A stretch of DNA of 46,959 nucleotides, taken from a virus. Its lineage: Duplodnaviria; Caudoviricetes. Positions within the stretch are counted from its first letter, which is position 1. Every line of letters starts with the position of its first letter. This document shows positions 31,427-41,817 of this stretch, piece after piece. The position numbers were made by a program, and so were the translations under genes. Below the pieces are notes generated by a model. It worked only from the letters and a program-made list of their open reading frames with translations, was not told where the DNA came from and made no database searches. The DNA lies in IMG/VR virus record IMGVR_UViG_3300036803_000051, positions 1-46,959 of that record, one strand, 5' to 3'.

Positions 31427-34306
31427 TTACTTCTTCGGGGGCTTCAGCTTGTTCTGAAACTTGGGGGCGGGCGGCGGTTCTGGCGGCGCTCCGGTCAACT
31501 CGCCGAAGGCGTCAGCCGGCGCCGCCTCGCCGAACATCGTCGGTCCTTTGGAATCGTTCGCATAGCGCGCGAAGGCTTTTGCGAGATCCACTGGTCCCTT
31601 GCTCTGGATCATCTTGGCGAGGGCCACGGCGCGAGGCGAGAATTCGCCGCCGCCGAAAAGTCCCTGCTGCGCCACCAGATCGTCGAGATTTTTGCTGCCG
31701 GTTGCGCGGGCGCGTTCGAGCATATCAACGGCTTCCCGCACATCGGGCGTGATATCCCATTCCGGCTTTCCGGCCACACGAGAGAGCGGCGCCATGATGC
31801 GCTCGAGCTTGTTGCGGACTGCCGGCGGCGTGCCTTCAAATTGCTCCGAATCCTTGAACACCCGCCCGAGCATTAGCTTGCTGATTCGGTCCTTTGCCGC
31901 GGCCGTGATATTGCCGGAGGCATCGAACAGGCCTGGTTTCTCCTGGGTGGTGATCACGCCGTCTTTCACCAGTTGATCCGCGATGAATGCGCCGCCCTTG
32001 CCCTCGAGGGCCTTCGCCAGCGTTCCGTCTGGCCCCTGGCTTTCGATCATGCCGGCCATGTGGTTCATGGTCGTAGGCGAAATCTTGTTGCTGTCGGCGA
32101 TGGCGCGCTCGGCTCCTGTAAGCGAGGCCGTGCCGGTTTTGTTCAGGTCGGTAATGATCGGCTGCGCGGATTCCGGCGAGATCTCGTGCGACAATTCCCG
32201 AACCAGAATGGGCTGCTTCATGCCGGCGACTCGAGCCGGATCGAGCCCGAACTGCGCCGCCTTCTTCGTAAGCAGGGCCTTGTATGCGGCTGCCGCTTCC
32301 GGCCGTCCCTGGTAGACTCGAGCCAGCGTCATGGTCCTGGAGTTGCCGCCCAACACATTACCCTTCTGGTCAATGATCGGCGCGCCGTTGGTGGCGTCCG
32401 GTGAATCGGATACCAGATAGTTGGGGTCGAATTCGGCCGTCTGCTTTACGATGCGCTCTGCGTTCCGCGGGTCCGCATAGTTGCGGTCATTGGAATAAGC
32501 GTATTCGGGATTGTTCTGCAGGGTGGACGGGTTGTGAGACGGCGTTACCTCGGAGAGTTCGCGGAGGGCGTACCGGGCCTGGTAGGCGCGGTTTTCGCCG
32601 GGGACGCGGACTTGAGAGGCTTCACCATACCTGCTGCTATCGCCTGATCCACCAGACTGAGGAATCGCTTGCTCTTGGCTGGCTGGCTGTCTTCCGGGTT
32701 GACGTGTTGCATCTGCTTCATTGTTGACCTTCGCGGATGGATTTACAATCGGCTCTTGTACTGATGCGGGGATAGTACCGCCCTGTCGAGGCTGGCCTTT
32801 GAGTATTGCTACTCGTTTCGCCTGTGCTGCTGTTTCTTCTTCCTTCACTTTTGACAGAGCATCATCTAATCGCGACCGTTTTGCTTGTAAATTGAACTGG
32901 TGTATTTCTTCGGCAATGACTTCCGGAGACTTCTTCTCGCCGTTCGACCAGTAATCGGAACGCCGTAATTCGTTCGGCGGGGCGGGAGTCGCCATCATGT
33001 CCTGCTCGGCCTCTTCCATCGTCATTTTGGGCTGAGGTTTCAGCTTGGCCTTGTTCGCCTCCACCGTTGCTTTCTGGCGATCTAGAGCCTCTTGAAGAGC
33101 TGACCGTGATTGCGCCGGAGGTTTGCTGTCTACCTGCTGAAAGTTGGCTCTGAGCTTGTCCAGATCGCTGCGAGGGCCGATTAACTGCTGTACGTTATCC
33201 GGTATCGCTGGTTGATCTTTGGCGGCCGCGCCGGGCATCTGCTCCGGCATGGTTCCGTTGCGCCCAGGGAACTGCGGGCCTTCGGTGCTGGGAGTGGCTG
33301 GAGCCGGGGCTGCGGGTTGGGGTGAAGTCGGGAGAGGGCCTGCGGGAGGGGGAGCCGTTGGCTGCGCGGCCGCCGGAACCTCGGAATCCCGCGTCAGTTC
33401 CGCCAGGACCTGGGGCGGCAAATCCGGAGACAGAATCGTCGGAGACCAGCCGGGAATAATGCCCGATGGATCGGCCGGTGGCGGCGTAACGATTGGACCT
33501 GGCCCGAGCTGCGGACGTTCGACCGTTGCCGGAGTCGCCGGAGTGGAGCGGACATAGCTGGTGTCGGCCGCGGGAGGCATCATCCGCGCGCCTGCTTCGA
33601 GAGCGGGAACCGCGGCTTTTTCCGCCATCGCAGCCTTTGCCGCCGCCCAGGCTTCCGCCGCGCTCTTGCCGCCGCGGATTGCGCCCTTGATTGCCGGGAC
33701 TGCCGCGCCTACCGTGCCGCCGATGACTGCGCCGGGTACGGGATGCCCCACCATGCGGCCGATAGTTCCGCCCGTGGTTGCTCCCGCGACTGCGCCGGTC
33801 ACAGAGGCCGGGACAGGAGTCGGTACTTCAATCGGGATGCCCTTTACCTTCGCCTTCAGGGTGCTGGGAGCCATAGCGCCGTCGTATGCGCCCTTGGCTG
33901 CGCCCACCGCTACCTTGCCCGTGGTTTCGGCTGCATCTGCCGCGGCTTTGAGCCTTTCTTCGTTCAGGCCGCCGATTCCCAACTCCACGGCACGGGCTGC
34001 GAGCTTTCCCCACTTGCCCTGCTCGATATCGGTTGAGAGATCTTCCGGAAGGTTCTGCACCTGGTGAAGCACGCCGTTGATCGTGTCGATGGGATGGCGT
34101 ACCGCGTTATAGGCTCCGGTAGGCAGGTTGGCGAAGTCCTTGGCGATTGTGGCCAAGAAACTGTCGTCATTCGACAGATCCGTGGGCGTGCCTTTCAGCC
34201 GCGGGCCGGTGCTGGGGCGAGCTGCGGCCGCTGGAGGCGCACTGGGAGCGTCCTCCGTCTCCACGATGTAGGAGCCGTGGTCGGTGTCTACCTGATATTT
34301 GGCCAT
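31427..34306 (-). CDS. Large DNA-ejection / internal virion protein with DdrB-like ParB domain
   Basis: 959 aa, last late gene; ARYALRELSEVTPSHN, NDRNY, GAPIID..GNVLGGNSRTMTL motifs. Confidence 0.72.
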   Translation of the reverse strand: MAKYQVDTDHGSYIVETEDAPSAPPAAAARPSTGPRLKGTPTDLSNDDSFLATIAKDFANLPTGAYNAVRHPIDTINGVLHQVQNLPEDLSTDIEQGKWGKLAARAVELGIGGLNEERLKAAADAAETTGKVAVGAAKGAYDGAMAPSTLKAKVKGIPIEVPTPVPASVTGAVAGATTGGTIGRMVGHPVPGAVIGGTVGAAVPAIKGAIRGGKSAAEAWAAAKAAMAEKAAVPALEAGARMMPPAADTSYVRSTPATPATVERPQLGPGPIVTPPPADPSGIIPGWSPTILSPDLPPQVLAELTRDSEVPAAAQPTAPPPAGPLPTSPQPAAPAPATPSTEGPQFPGRNGTMPEQMPGAAAKDQPAIPDNVQQLIGPRSDLDKLRANFQQVDSKPPAQSRSALQEALDRQKATVEANKAKLKPQPKMTMEEAEQDMMATPAPPNELRRSDYWSNGEKKSPEVIAEEIHQFNLQAKRSRLDDALSKVKEEETAAQAKRVAILKGQPRQGGTIPASVQEPIVNPSAKVNNEADATRQPGRQPASQEQAIPQSGGSGDSSRYGEASQVRVPGENRAYQARYALRELSEVTPSHNPSTLQNNPEYAYSNDRNYADPRNAERIVKQTAEFDPNYLVSDSPDATNGAPIIDQKGNVLGGNSRTMTLARVYQGRPEAAAAYKALLTKKAAQFGLDPARVAGMKQPILVRELSHEISPESAQPIITDLNKTGTASLTGAERAIADSNKISPTTMNHMAGMIESQGPDGTLAKALEGKGGAFIADQLVKDGVITTQEKPGLFDASGNITAAAKDRISKLMLGRVFKDSEQFEGTPPAVRNKLERIMAPLSRVAGKPEWDITPDVREAVDMLERARATGSKNLDDLVAQQGLFGGGEFSPRAVALAKMIQSKGPVDLAKAFARYANDSKGPTMFGEAAPADAFGELTGAPPEPPPAPKFQNKLKPPKK

Positions 34307-35916
34307 TATGGGAGCTTGGTGACCTTGAGGACTTTGCCGCCGTTGAACGTGCTGCCGATATCGGGAATGCCGTGCGTTGCGCCCGATGCTTCAGGCTGCG
34401 CCGCCTGGCCTTCGTAAGCCGTTCCGCGCGTCATGGTGCTGCGCCGGTAGCCGATGATGGCCTGGACTTCCTGCAGGGCTGTGGCGATTGCTTTGGGCGA
34501 ATCGGAGTCTTTGAAGATGCCTTGCGCCTGCTTCAGCTTGGCATCGCTCACGCCCGAACCGGTGCCGCCGCCGTTGATGATTTTGCCGATCTCATCGCCC
34601 ACCAGAAGCGCGTCCGTCTGGAACCGCTTCAGGTCCACGGAGTTGAACTGGTCCTTGCCGAGCTTGATCAGGCTGTTGATGGACCGGACGTTGCCCTGCG
34701 CCAGCGTGTTTGCCGACGACTGTAAGCGGGGAATCGAATTGAGCGCCGAATCCATCAGGCGCACGGTGTTCTGGAAGCCGGGGCTCTTTGAGAAGTTGTA
34801 ATCCGCATCGGCCTGCTGCCAACTGAAATGCGGATCGGTCTTCGCCATCTCCCGCTCAATCAGGAGTCCGAGCGAGCCCGCGCCGCGGCCGCGGATCTCT
34901 GAGAGTTGGGAGGGCGCGAGTTCATGGTTGCGGATGCTTTGGGCCAGTCGCGCCGCGTCTTCCTGCGTTGGCTGCTGTCCGATCTGGATTCGCCGCATGG
35001 TGTCGGCCAGTTCGCGGGAGGCATTGGCAGCGGCTTTACTTGCCAGAGTGGCTTCGCGCATCTCCGGGTCGGTGTTGGCCGCCTTGAACTGGGAAAGCGC
35101 GGTGTCGATATCTTCTTTCGTGGCGGTTTCGCGGGTCTTGCCGATGCTCTGCAGATACTTCGGAAGGTAGACCGTGGCGAATTCGCCGGTAGGCAACGGA
35201 GGCCCGCCGGTTGCGACGATGCGTGGAGCGCCGGGAGCACCGGGGGCGGCTGCGGTACCGGCCACGCCTGGAAGCGAGCTGACATCCACCAGATTCTCGC
35301 CTGGCGTGAGTTTTTTCAAATTGGCGTCACGGATTTTCTGCGCCGCTTCCGTCATGGCTGTGAACTCGGCGCGGGTGAGCAGTGCTCCGTCCGGAACACC
35401 CACCGATGTAAGTCCGGTTGCAGGTATGCCGCCGCCTTCGAGCTTCATGGTGTTGTTTCGGGTGGCTTGCGCGGTTCGCATCTGCTCCGCGTTCGAGGCT
35501 TCGGTCAGCGCGTTCTGGTTTGCGACCTGGCGTTGCAGCCGGATCTGGTTCTGCTCTTCGGGCGTGCGCAGCTCGTACTGGGTTTCCTGCCCTTGCGCGT
35601 CCTTGTACTTCACTAGGCGCGAGGGATCGACCTTGCGGACGAAGCTGCCCATGCCGGGTTCGTCGGGCAATCCGGGAACGGGGGACGGCTGGCCTGGAAC
35701 TGCCGGATTCTCCACGGTGCCGCCGGGTCCGACAGGCACCGCTGACTCCTGCAGCATCTGCCGGTTCATCACGTCCTGCGCGGACATCCTCTGGTTTTCC
35801 AGAATCTGCTGGGTCTTGAATGCTTGATCGGCCTGCTGCTGCTGGTGTATCTGCGTGGCCAGTGCATGGCCCTGTAACAAGCCGTCGATTAGGCCGGAAA
35901 GTGGATTGACTACCAT
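34306..35916 (-). CDS. DNA-ejection / internal virion protein
   Basis: 536 aa, Gln/Ala-rich and helical; positional analogy to P22 gp20 / T7 gp15. Confidence 0.65.
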   Translation of the reverse strand: MVVNPLSGLIDGLLQGHALATQIHQQQQADQAFKTQQILENQRMSAQDVMNRQMLQESAVPVGPGGTVENPAVPGQPSPVPGLPDEPGMGSFVRKVDPSRLVKYKDAQGQETQYELRTPEEQNQIRLQRQVANQNALTEASNAEQMRTAQATRNNTMKLEGGGIPATGLTSVGVPDGALLTRAEFTAMTEAAQKIRDANLKKLTPGENLVDVSSLPGVAGTAAAPGAPGAPRIVATGGPPLPTGEFATVYLPKYLQSIGKTRETATKEDIDTALSQFKAANTDPEMREATLASKAAANASRELADTMRRIQIGQQPTQEDAARLAQSIRNHELAPSQLSEIRGRGAGSLGLLIEREMAKTDPHFSWQQADADYNFSKSPGFQNTVRLMDSALNSIPRLQSSANTLAQGNVRSINSLIKLGKDQFNSVDLKRFQTDALLVGDEIGKIINGGGTGSGVSDAKLKQAQGIFKDSDSPKAIATALQEVQAIIGYRRSTMTRGTAYEGQAAQPEASGATHGIPDIGSTFNGGKVLKVTKLP

Positions 35917-35941
35917 GGTGGTCTCCTATTGCCTTCGCTCT

Positions 35942-36646
35942 TTACCCGTAACCGCCCCAGTCGCTGCCGTTAGGCGGCGGGGGTCCTGCGGGTCCAGGAG
36001 GCAGCTTGCCGGGGTATGGCGGGACTGTCGGCGCCGGGCCAGGCGTGAAGGTCCCGCCTCCTGGTAGCGGCGGAATGCCGCCGGGAATGCGGAGAGAGTC
36101 CAAGCCGCTTGGGTATCCGCCAAAGACATTGTTCGTCTGGCCGTTGCCGCCAAGGACCTTCGTGAGCATCAGCAATGTACTAAGATTGCTCAGTCCGTTT
36201 CCGCCGCTCAAAAGCGCGTCACTGGTCGGGTTGCCGGGCGTCGTCACGCTGGAGCCGCGGCCCGCATTCAACAGCGAGTCCGCCAGACCGGCTCCGTTCT
36301 GCGCACTCTGCGCGCGGAATCCCGAGACCGCATTCAACCGGGCGTTTTCCGTATTGAAGAGCGCCGTTCCCAGCTTTCCCGAAGATCCGAATCCCCGGCC
36401 CGCGAGTTGCCGCGTGACCGTGTTGGGCATCTGCGAATAGCCCTCGTTAATCTGATTGACGCCTGATGCCGTTACCGGCCCCTGCCCGTTCATCAGGTCG
36501 GTCGAGTACCCCAGGAGCTGCTTCTGTAGCGCCTGCATCTCCGGAGACAGGGTTGGCGTCTGGGTCGTGGTGTGCCCCTGCAAGGCTCCTCCGACTACGG
36601 AGGAAATTCCCCCGATGATTGCTGGTATTGCTGCTGCCCAAGGCAT
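35942..36646 (-). CDS. DNA pilot / ejection protein
   Basis: MPWAAAIPAIIGGISSVVGG hydrophobic N-terminus, LAGRGFGSSG; analogy to P22 gp7. Confidence 0.7.
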   Translation of the reverse strand: MPWAAAIPAIIGGISSVVGGALQGHTTTQTPTLSPEMQALQKQLLGYSTDLMNGQGPVTASGVNQINEGYSQMPNTVTRQLAGRGFGSSGKLGTALFNTENARLNAVSGFRAQSAQNGAGLADSLLNAGRGSSVTTPGNPTSDALLSGGNGLSNLSTLLMLTKVLGGNGQTNNVFGGYPSGLDSLRIPGGIPPLPGGGTFTPGPAPTVPPYPGKLPPGPAGPPPPNGSDWGGYG

Positions 36647-37139
36647 TTTCTTTTTCCTCGAATTGCGATTTCGTTAATCCGTATACCCAAATGTCGGTGG
36701 GCTTTCCGTTGCACACTGTCTGCTCGATCAGCGTCCCTTCGCGTTTTGCTCCGAGACCTGTAAGCAGTGATCCGATAGCGAGATTCCCAGCCAGCGGATA
36801 GACTGCGAGCTTTCCGATGCCGCTTTCAAACATCTCCGCGACTGCGATCCGCGAGGCTCGCGCCGCGATTCCCTTGCCCTGGAAATCCGGCTTGAAGATC
36901 CAGTGAGCCGTTCCCAACCAGGGCGAGATCCGCTCGAAAGTGATCAGGCCGCCCAGCTCGCCATCGGAATAGATGGCCCAGGTTTTCTGGGTCTTCCACT
37001 TCCGCGAGGCGAAAATCATGAACTCGGCCAATGTCTGCGGGCCGAAATCGTCCGAGACTTTCGACCGGAACGTTGAGATCCACGAAAATACACGTGGCAT
37101 CTGGTCGAGGGGGAAGGGACTGCGTACGTCAATAATCAG
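36447..37139 (-). CDS. GNAT (RimJ/RimL-like) acetyltransferase
   Basis: FQGKGIA acetyl-CoA motif, N..IGSLLTGLGAKREG; start probably CTG at 37139 (first ATG at 37100). Confidence 0.82.
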   Translation of the reverse strand: MIIDVRSPFPLDQMPRVFSWISTFRSKVSDDFGPQTLAEFMIFASRKWKTQKTWAIYSDGELGGLITFERISPWLGTAHWIFKPDFQGKGIAARASRIAVAEMFESGIGKLAVYPLAGNLAIGSLLTGLGAKREGTLIEQTVCNGKPTDIWVYGLTKSQFEEKENALGSSNTSNHRGNFLRSRRSLAGAHHDPDANPVSGDAGATEAAPGVLDRPDERAGAGNGIRRQSD

Positions 37140-38914
37140 AGAATTCTCTCCAGGGTTACGTAAACGGCGTACACCGGGCTTCCGGTTGGAGCCACAACAT
37201 CGACCTGCACCGTGATGTCGTGAGAGCCGTCTGCTTTGACCACGCTCGTTAGATTGCTGAAATTAGTGCCGGAAAGGGTAACCCCGCTTCCCGATTGAGT
37301 CCGGGGGGCCGTGCCGTCATGCCAGCCGACTATCGCGGACGCCGCGCCTCCGCTGCCAGCACTGGTGCAGACGAGATAGACGCTGACGCGATAGATCCCC
37401 GCCGGGGCCGTCGCCCCGCCCACGTGTAAAGCGGTCGCGGTGAGAGCAACAGTCTGGCCGGTCAGCGAGATCGAGTCGGTTTTCTGGATTACCGGCAGCG
37501 CGAACGAATTGCTCGTGGCCGTCAAATCCTTATTGGTAATCGTCTGCGTCCCGTCGATGGTGACTATTGCTTTGGTCGTATTCGCTGGTGAATCGACGAA
37601 GGCCCCGCCGCCCGCGACATGGAACGTCGCCGAGTTTTCCAGGTTTACCGTGACGTTGGCAGTGTCGAAACCGATATACCCGAGCCGCGTACCGGAGAGC
37701 AAACGCCACTCCATATATCCGGTGTGCGTGGCGTCCCCGTTGAATAATTTGATTGCGCCGCCGACGCCCGGGGTTTGCACCGCGACTGATGTGGCGAACC
37801 CGCCGATGTTAGCGAGGAAGTTGCCGGAGGCATCCCGCTTGACGATTGTCGAGGCCGTGTTGGCGCTGGTCGCCGCATTGGCCGCCAGTTCCGCCGCATG
37901 CACATTGGCCGCAGTGGACCCGCCCACGAGTGAAACTACAGTCGCGCCCGCGGTCCCGGTGACATCGCCGGCCAGCGCAATTCCGCTGAAGTCCCCGGCC
38001 ACGGCGTTGACGAGCTTGGTCCCGTCCCACTTGGTGATCGTGTTGCCGGTCAAGCCCGTTCCGGCCACATCCGACGCCGAGCCGAGGTCGATCAGGCCGG
38101 AAGTCAGCCCCTTATTGGAATTGAGTTTCGCGGGCCGGGAAGCGGTCAGCGTAAGAAACCGCATCTCGCCCGAATCGAGAATGTCGTACCGGGAGGCGAA
38201 GGTCCCGGAGTTGTTATAGCCGAGAGACCACTTCCAGCCGCTTCCATCTCCCCAGCACATCGAGGCAATATCAGGAGAATGCGCAGCGTTGCCCCAGGCT
38301 CCGAGCGCGAGATCGCCGAAGGCCAACGGGACCGCCCCGAAATTGTTGACGATGTTTGTCGCGCCGAGTTTGGTGGTTCGCCCGGTGACCGTGACCAGAG
38401 TGCCGTTGTCAGTAACGGCGCTTTCGCCGAGAATGCCGACAGCCGTGATTTTCGGAATAGTATTGACATCGAGCAGCGTCAGGCCGCCGCGCACGTCGTC
38501 CAGAGTCGTCCAGGAAACTCCTGTCCAGTAATAATCGAGCGCGTCCGAGGCGGAATAGAGCATGCCCCTGTCCGACAAACCCACGAGCGGACGGTCTGCC
38601 AACAGGCCGCGGATCGCGCCCGTCACCAATGTCCATCGCACCCCGTCCCAGGCATAGAGCGCCTTCGTGTCCGTCTCGAAGAACTGGACGCCCGTTTGCG
38701 TCGGTACGGTGGTGAGCCGCTGCGCATGAGTCCCGAGTTGGAACGCCGTCGAACTCGTAGCGGTCGTCGTCGTTGTCGTAGCGGCCGTCGTCGTCGCAGT
38801 CGTGCCCGCCTGAAGCCGTTCGGCGATCAGCAGCAGCCGTTCGTTGAGCGCGCGCAGGAATTGCGGATCGACGGTTGTGTCGTTCGGCAATTCCAAGTTG
38901 TATGCTTTTGCCAT
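37136..38914 (-). CDS. Tail fibre protein
   Basis: 592 aa; FFETDTKALYAWDG, TIVKRDASGNF, TQTITNKDL fibre motifs. Confidence 0.75.
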   Translation of the reverse strand: MAKAYNLELPNDTTVDPQFLRALNERLLLIAERLQAGTTATTTAATTTTTTATSSTAFQLGTHAQRLTTVPTQTGVQFFETDTKALYAWDGVRWTLVTGAIRGLLADRPLVGLSDRGMLYSASDALDYYWTGVSWTTLDDVRGGLTLLDVNTIPKITAVGILGESAVTDNGTLVTVTGRTTKLGATNIVNNFGAVPLAFGDLALGAWGNAAHSPDIASMCWGDGSGWKWSLGYNNSGTFASRYDILDSGEMRFLTLTASRPAKLNSNKGLTSGLIDLGSASDVAGTGLTGNTITKWDGTKLVNAVAGDFSGIALAGDVTGTAGATVVSLVGGSTAANVHAAELAANAATSANTASTIVKRDASGNFLANIGGFATSVAVQTPGVGGAIKLFNGDATHTGYMEWRLLSGTRLGYIGFDTANVTVNLENSATFHVAGGGAFVDSPANTTKAIVTIDGTQTITNKDLTATSNSFALPVIQKTDSISLTGQTVALTATALHVGGATAPAGIYRVSVYLVCTSAGSGGAASAIVGWHDGTAPRTQSGSGVTLSGTNFSNLTSVVKADGSHDITVQVDVVAPTGSPVYAVYVTLERIL

Positions 38915-38916
38915 TC

Positions 38917-41817
38917 TTAAACCGGGAGCGGAACCCAGGAAAACCCTTCGGGAGTCTTTTCCATGGGCACAGCGAACCACTGCCAGCCGCTGGCGCCTTC
39001 GCCGAGGACCTTGCCGCGGATCTCAATTCCGAACAGCCTGCACGGCGCCGCGGCCGTAAATTCAATGCGTCCGAGCTTGCCCCGCGTGTCCCGCGGAAGC
39101 GAAAGCCTCTGCTGCCCACGCGCCGGAGTGCGGGTGAGCGAGAGCACCTGCCGTTGAGACATGCCGTCCGGGAGGTCCGTCAGAAACGTGCCGGGAGTTG
39201 TTGCGTCGGCCTGAACATCTACCCGGATTTGCTGCAGGAGCTTCACTCTTGGGGAGCCGAATGTCAGATCGCCCGAGCGGAAAATCTCGCCCACGCCCGT
39301 CAGATAGCAGCCGTAGGGCTGGATCAGCATTCGCGCTCCGTGGCAGCGGAAGTTGTCGCCGGTCAGGATCAGCCTCACCCAGCGCGCCTCGGTTCCATCC
39401 GGAAGCTGGAAGGGGAACGTCTTCGCCGGCAGCCGGTGAAGGCTCGCGGGAGGCGTGAACGTGCCCTGCGCGATGAGCTTCAGTTCAGAGATTCCGGACC
39501 AGAAAGCGTAGGTCACGGTGCCCGATAAAATCTCAAGTTCCACTTCAACTGTCGAAAGCAGGCTTACTTTTTCGAGCGCGACTTTTTCGGTATCGTACGT
39601 CCGCGCGTTGCGCTGGAGCAGCAGGTAATGGACCGCGATGGTATGGATCTCACAATGAGAACTTCCGGCGTCGGTCGATTCCAGGCGGATCGCGATATTG
39701 CGGTACTCCGCGTCGTCGAGCGTAAAAATCTGCTGCGTTAGCGCAGTCGAACTGATTGAGCCGAGCAAAATGCTGGCCGTTCCGTTCTCCAAATACGCGT
39801 AGACGTTGAAGGTGTGGCCGCCGGTGTTGTGTTCGATCAGCACGTCCGAATAGCGTTTGCGATTCTCGGGGGCTCCCTGGTCCGCGAATCGGGATTGGTA
39901 AATCATCGGAATGGCCGCGCCGCTATCGGTGGCCGTGCTTCCGATGGCGTAGACCGAGCCGCCGGTTGCGCCCAGGAAACTGAGGCCCTGGCCTTCGTAA
40001 TACAGCGCAGTCCATCCTCGCGTATCGGTCACCCAGCGGCCGCCTTCCCAGACGGCGGTTATGTTGGGACTGGAATTCGCCCCGTCCGCGTAGGAGAAAT
40101 AGAGCCGGCCGTTCTGGTAGGCCATGCAGTTTTTCGTCCGCGCGCTGGTATTGATCGAAGCCAATCCAACACCGAACGTGGTGATGGAATCGCCCTTGAA
40201 AATCGGGTCCAGTTGCGGCGAAATCTTGCCGGCCGGCTGGTCGCCATTGAAGGCATACACCCCTTCCTGCGCCTGCAGAAATACGGTGGAACCGGCAATC
40301 GCCCACGCCCGCGCACCGATCAGGCCCACTTCGGCATTGGTGCGTTCGATGTCCGTATTCCAGTCGTCGGGATCTCCCACCATGCGGTAGACCGTCTGGC
40401 CTTTTTGAATTGCCACCCAGCGGGGAAATACGGCAATGGCTACGATTGGTTCGCCGGCTTCGCCTACATCCACCCAGTTGCCGTCGATTTCCGAATCCGC
40501 GCCGGGGAAGACGTAAGGCTCATCCGATGGCGTCCACCACACCCGGTTCGGGTGCGTGCCGCTGTTGAAGGCCAGCAGCTTGCCGAAATACGGCCCGACG
40601 ACGCCCTTTGCCGCTGGCGCCGGCGTCCGGTCGGTGCGCATCAAGAAGCCCCGCGTCAGGAGTCCTTCATCCGTTGTGTCGATTCCGCCGATGGCCGTGT
40701 CATCCGCGCCCCGGTCGAGAAATGTAGTGGTCGCAAGCGCAATGGGAGTGGCGTTTACCAGATATGCCGGCAGGTCGTTGTTTCCGCCCGAGCGGTACAG
40801 ATTCCATTGCGTGATCTGCGGATCGGTGATTGCCGGCCGCGTGATTGTGACGCCGGTAGCCGAGGTGGTGACATTCAAGAGCGGCGAAGGGTTGCTCTCT
40901 TCACCCAGCGCCGTCACCCCGGTGACGTAATAGTTATAGTTGCCGCCATAGGCCACGCTGCCGATGGTGATGTATAGGTTGCGGGTCTCGATGAAGGTCT
41001 CGTCGCTGCCGGCCGTCCCGTCGTCGGTAAAAGTCGAGGCGATCGCCAGCGGAGAGGCGTTCAGCAGATACGCGCGGTTGCCGGGAGCGCCATTGAGCGC
41101 GACGGCGGCGTTCCACTGCCGGTAGATGTTCCAGTGGTCGATGGCCGCATCCGCAAACGTCGGAGCCGCCAGGGTCACCGAGGAGTTGCCGATCGGCGGG
41201 ATGAAATTGACGGTAGTCGCTCCAGGGCTGGGGCTCGTCTGCGCGCCGGTGCCCGAAATGACGCCTACCGCGTAATACGTGTACTGATAGTTCAGCACCC
41301 CGGTCGTGGGCGCATTGGTGGTAATCCCGATCAGTCCCGTGCCGGCCGGAATGGATGCCGTGGGAGCCGCTACGGGCGCCGCCGGTGTCCAGTTCCAGTA
41401 ATTGGCCCCGTCGTCCTTTTTTTGTTTGTTGGGGTTCATCGCCCAGAGGCGGTTCTGAAACGAGACCACACCCAAAGGGTTGCTGTCGAAGCCGGTATCG
41501 ATCTGGACGCCTTCGCGGTAGAGTTTGTCGTCGGCCCCGTAATACCGTACGTTCCCCGAGACCCGCTGCACCGTCTGGATCGTATGCACGTATCCATTGA
41601 GGGTCCGCACCAGGGTGTGCCCCTTGCGCGAGCGCAGCATCCCGGCCTGGTCGGTGCGCCAGTTCTGCGCGACGATGGCCTCGCCGGTCTGGATATCGTC
41701 CCCAGCGGCTAAGAGGTTCAGGCCTCCGGCCAGGCGCGAAGCCTGCCCTCCTAAGAGAGGCGATACCTGCGTGGACCCGAGAAGTTCGCTCTTGTTGATT
41801 TCAGGCTTGAGAGGCAA
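38917..41817 (-). CDS. Tail nozzle / tubular protein B-like (beta-propeller)
   Basis: 966 aa; GGLNL N-terminus, NRVWWT..DEP, GEPIVAIA, EVGLIGARAWA motifs, with two inserted FnIII-like repeats. Confidence 0.72.
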   Translation of the reverse strand: MPLKPEINKSELLGSTQVSPLLGGQASRLAGGLNLLAAGDDIQTGEAIVAQNWRTDQAGMLRSRKGHTLVRTLNGYVHTIQTVQRVSGNVRYYGADDKLYREGVQIDTGFDSNPLGVVSFQNRLWAMNPNKQKKDDGANYWNWTPAAPVAAPTASIPAGTGLIGITTNAPTTGVLNYQYTYYAVGVISGTGAQTSPSPGATTVNFIPPIGNSSVTLAAPTFADAAIDHWNIYRQWNAAVALNGAPGNRAYLLNASPLAIASTFTDDGTAGSDETFIETRNLYITIGSVAYGGNYNYYVTGVTALGEESNPSPLLNVTTSATGVTITRPAITDPQITQWNLYRSGGNNDLPAYLVNATPIALATTTFLDRGADDTAIGGIDTTDEGLLTRGFLMRTDRTPAPAAKGVVGPYFGKLLAFNSGTHPNRVWWTPSDEPYVFPGADSEIDGNWVDVGEAGEPIVAIAVFPRWVAIQKGQTVYRMVGDPDDWNTDIERTNAEVGLIGARAWAIAGSTVFLQAQEGVYAFNGDQPAGKISPQLDPIFKGDSITTFGVGLASINTSARTKNCMAYQNGRLYFSYADGANSSPNITAVWEGGRWVTDTRGWTALYYEGQGLSFLGATGGSVYAIGSTATDSGAAIPMIYQSRFADQGAPENRKRYSDVLIEHNTGGHTFNVYAYLENGTASILLGSISSTALTQQIFTLDDAEYRNIAIRLESTDAGSSHCEIHTIAVHYLLLQRNARTYDTEKVALEKVSLLSTVEVELEILSGTVTYAFWSGISELKLIAQGTFTPPASLHRLPAKTFPFQLPDGTEARWVRLILTGDNFRCHGARMLIQPYGCYLTGVGEIFRSGDLTFGSPRVKLLQQIRVDVQADATTPGTFLTDLPDGMSQRQVLSLTRTPARGQQRLSLPRDTRGKLGRIEFTAAAPCRLFGIEIRGKVLGEGASGWQWFAVPMEKTPEGFSWVPLPV

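Noticed and set aside
39814-40977. Long plus-strand ORFs opposite structural genes (also 10762-11781 and 43084-44088)
   Set aside because: Shadow frames expected from high-GC codon bias; no motifs or RBS
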